Source of the DNA: Massalongia carnosa
Taxonomy: Eukaryota
Length of the DNA: 64,000 nucleotides
Direction of reading: 5' to 3'
Assembly: GCA_965645245.1 (NCBI GenBank)
Contig: OZ287070.1
Location: forward strand, 2,542,001 to 2,606,000
The position numbers and the translations under genes are program-made. Positions 63,614 through 64,000 of the stretch are shown here, piece by piece (within the stretch, counting starts at the first letter, position 1; each line of letters starts with the position of its first letter). The notes beneath the pieces are model-generated. The model ran no database searches. It was not told the origin of the DNA and was given only the letters and a program-made list of their open reading frames with translations.

Positions 63614-64000
63614 TGTTGAACCTAGTGAGGTTCGTGAATAGAGGTGAACTCTTGATAATATGAATGTCTAGAAGGAAAGCTCTATCTCAGTAGCTAATAT
63701 TACATTATGTGCGGCGAGCTAGCCCACACTAGGCCTAATAAGGCCATGCTATCCCTCAGGCCCCTGAGCCACCACCTAAGATCATCACTTAGTTTCACAC
63801 ACCCCTTCAGCTTCTATGCGATCAGTGTAGAAGTTGATTTCTGATCCTATTTGCTGAGTTCTGATGCTATCGTGAAGTTTGATGCTTTCAAGGCCCTTCC
63901 TTTTTAGGCCCTTCCTGAGACGGCTGTTTAGGCCCTTCTGCCTTGACTAGTCCTAGTAGGTTGATGAATTCTTTGTGCCGCTGAATGGGTAGGGCCTTAG
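63614..64000. mobile_element. Probable further LTR-type insertion truncating the second copia
   Basis: The coding frame ends shortly after an abrupt TGTTGA start. The right boundary and TSD were not identified. Confidence 0.4.

Noticed and set aside
1..64000. Starship-type giant transposon as an explanation for the accessory gene mix
   Set aside because: No tyrosine-recombinase captain gene or element boundary is visible in this window; it cannot be excluded from outside context.

Overview
Eukaryotic (filamentous ascomycete) DNA. Spliceosomal GT-AG introns with CTAAC-like branch points and intron-rich 28S rDNA suggest a lichen-forming Lecanoromycete, but that assignment is inference. The first ~26 kb holds accessory-type genes: a HEXXH protein, two small secreted Cys proteins, a PTH11-like membrane protein, a FAD oxidoreductase, an OTT_1508-like deaminase and several pseudogenes, plus a Tad1-like LINE. 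From 26 to 44.5 kb is a heavily nested zone. It contains a copia fragment fused to a degenerate 28S rDNA piece with three group I introns, which is fused in turn to a telomere-linked-type RecQ helicase fragment. A second, convergent RecQ gene is split by four direct insertions, one carrying a further three-deep nest; removing them at their target-site duplications restores most helicase motifs. The most unusual insert is a 2.8-kb LTR-bounded element with 332-bp LTRs, a tRNA primer site and a 4-bp TSD. It encodes no gag/pol, only an intact 603-aa orphan membrane protein. From 45 to 64 kb lie a fungal NLR (alpha/beta-hydrolase, NB-ARC, highly conserved TPR repeats), an intact pogo/Fot1 transposon, a second FAD oxidoreductase and a chain of nested Ty1/copia elements.
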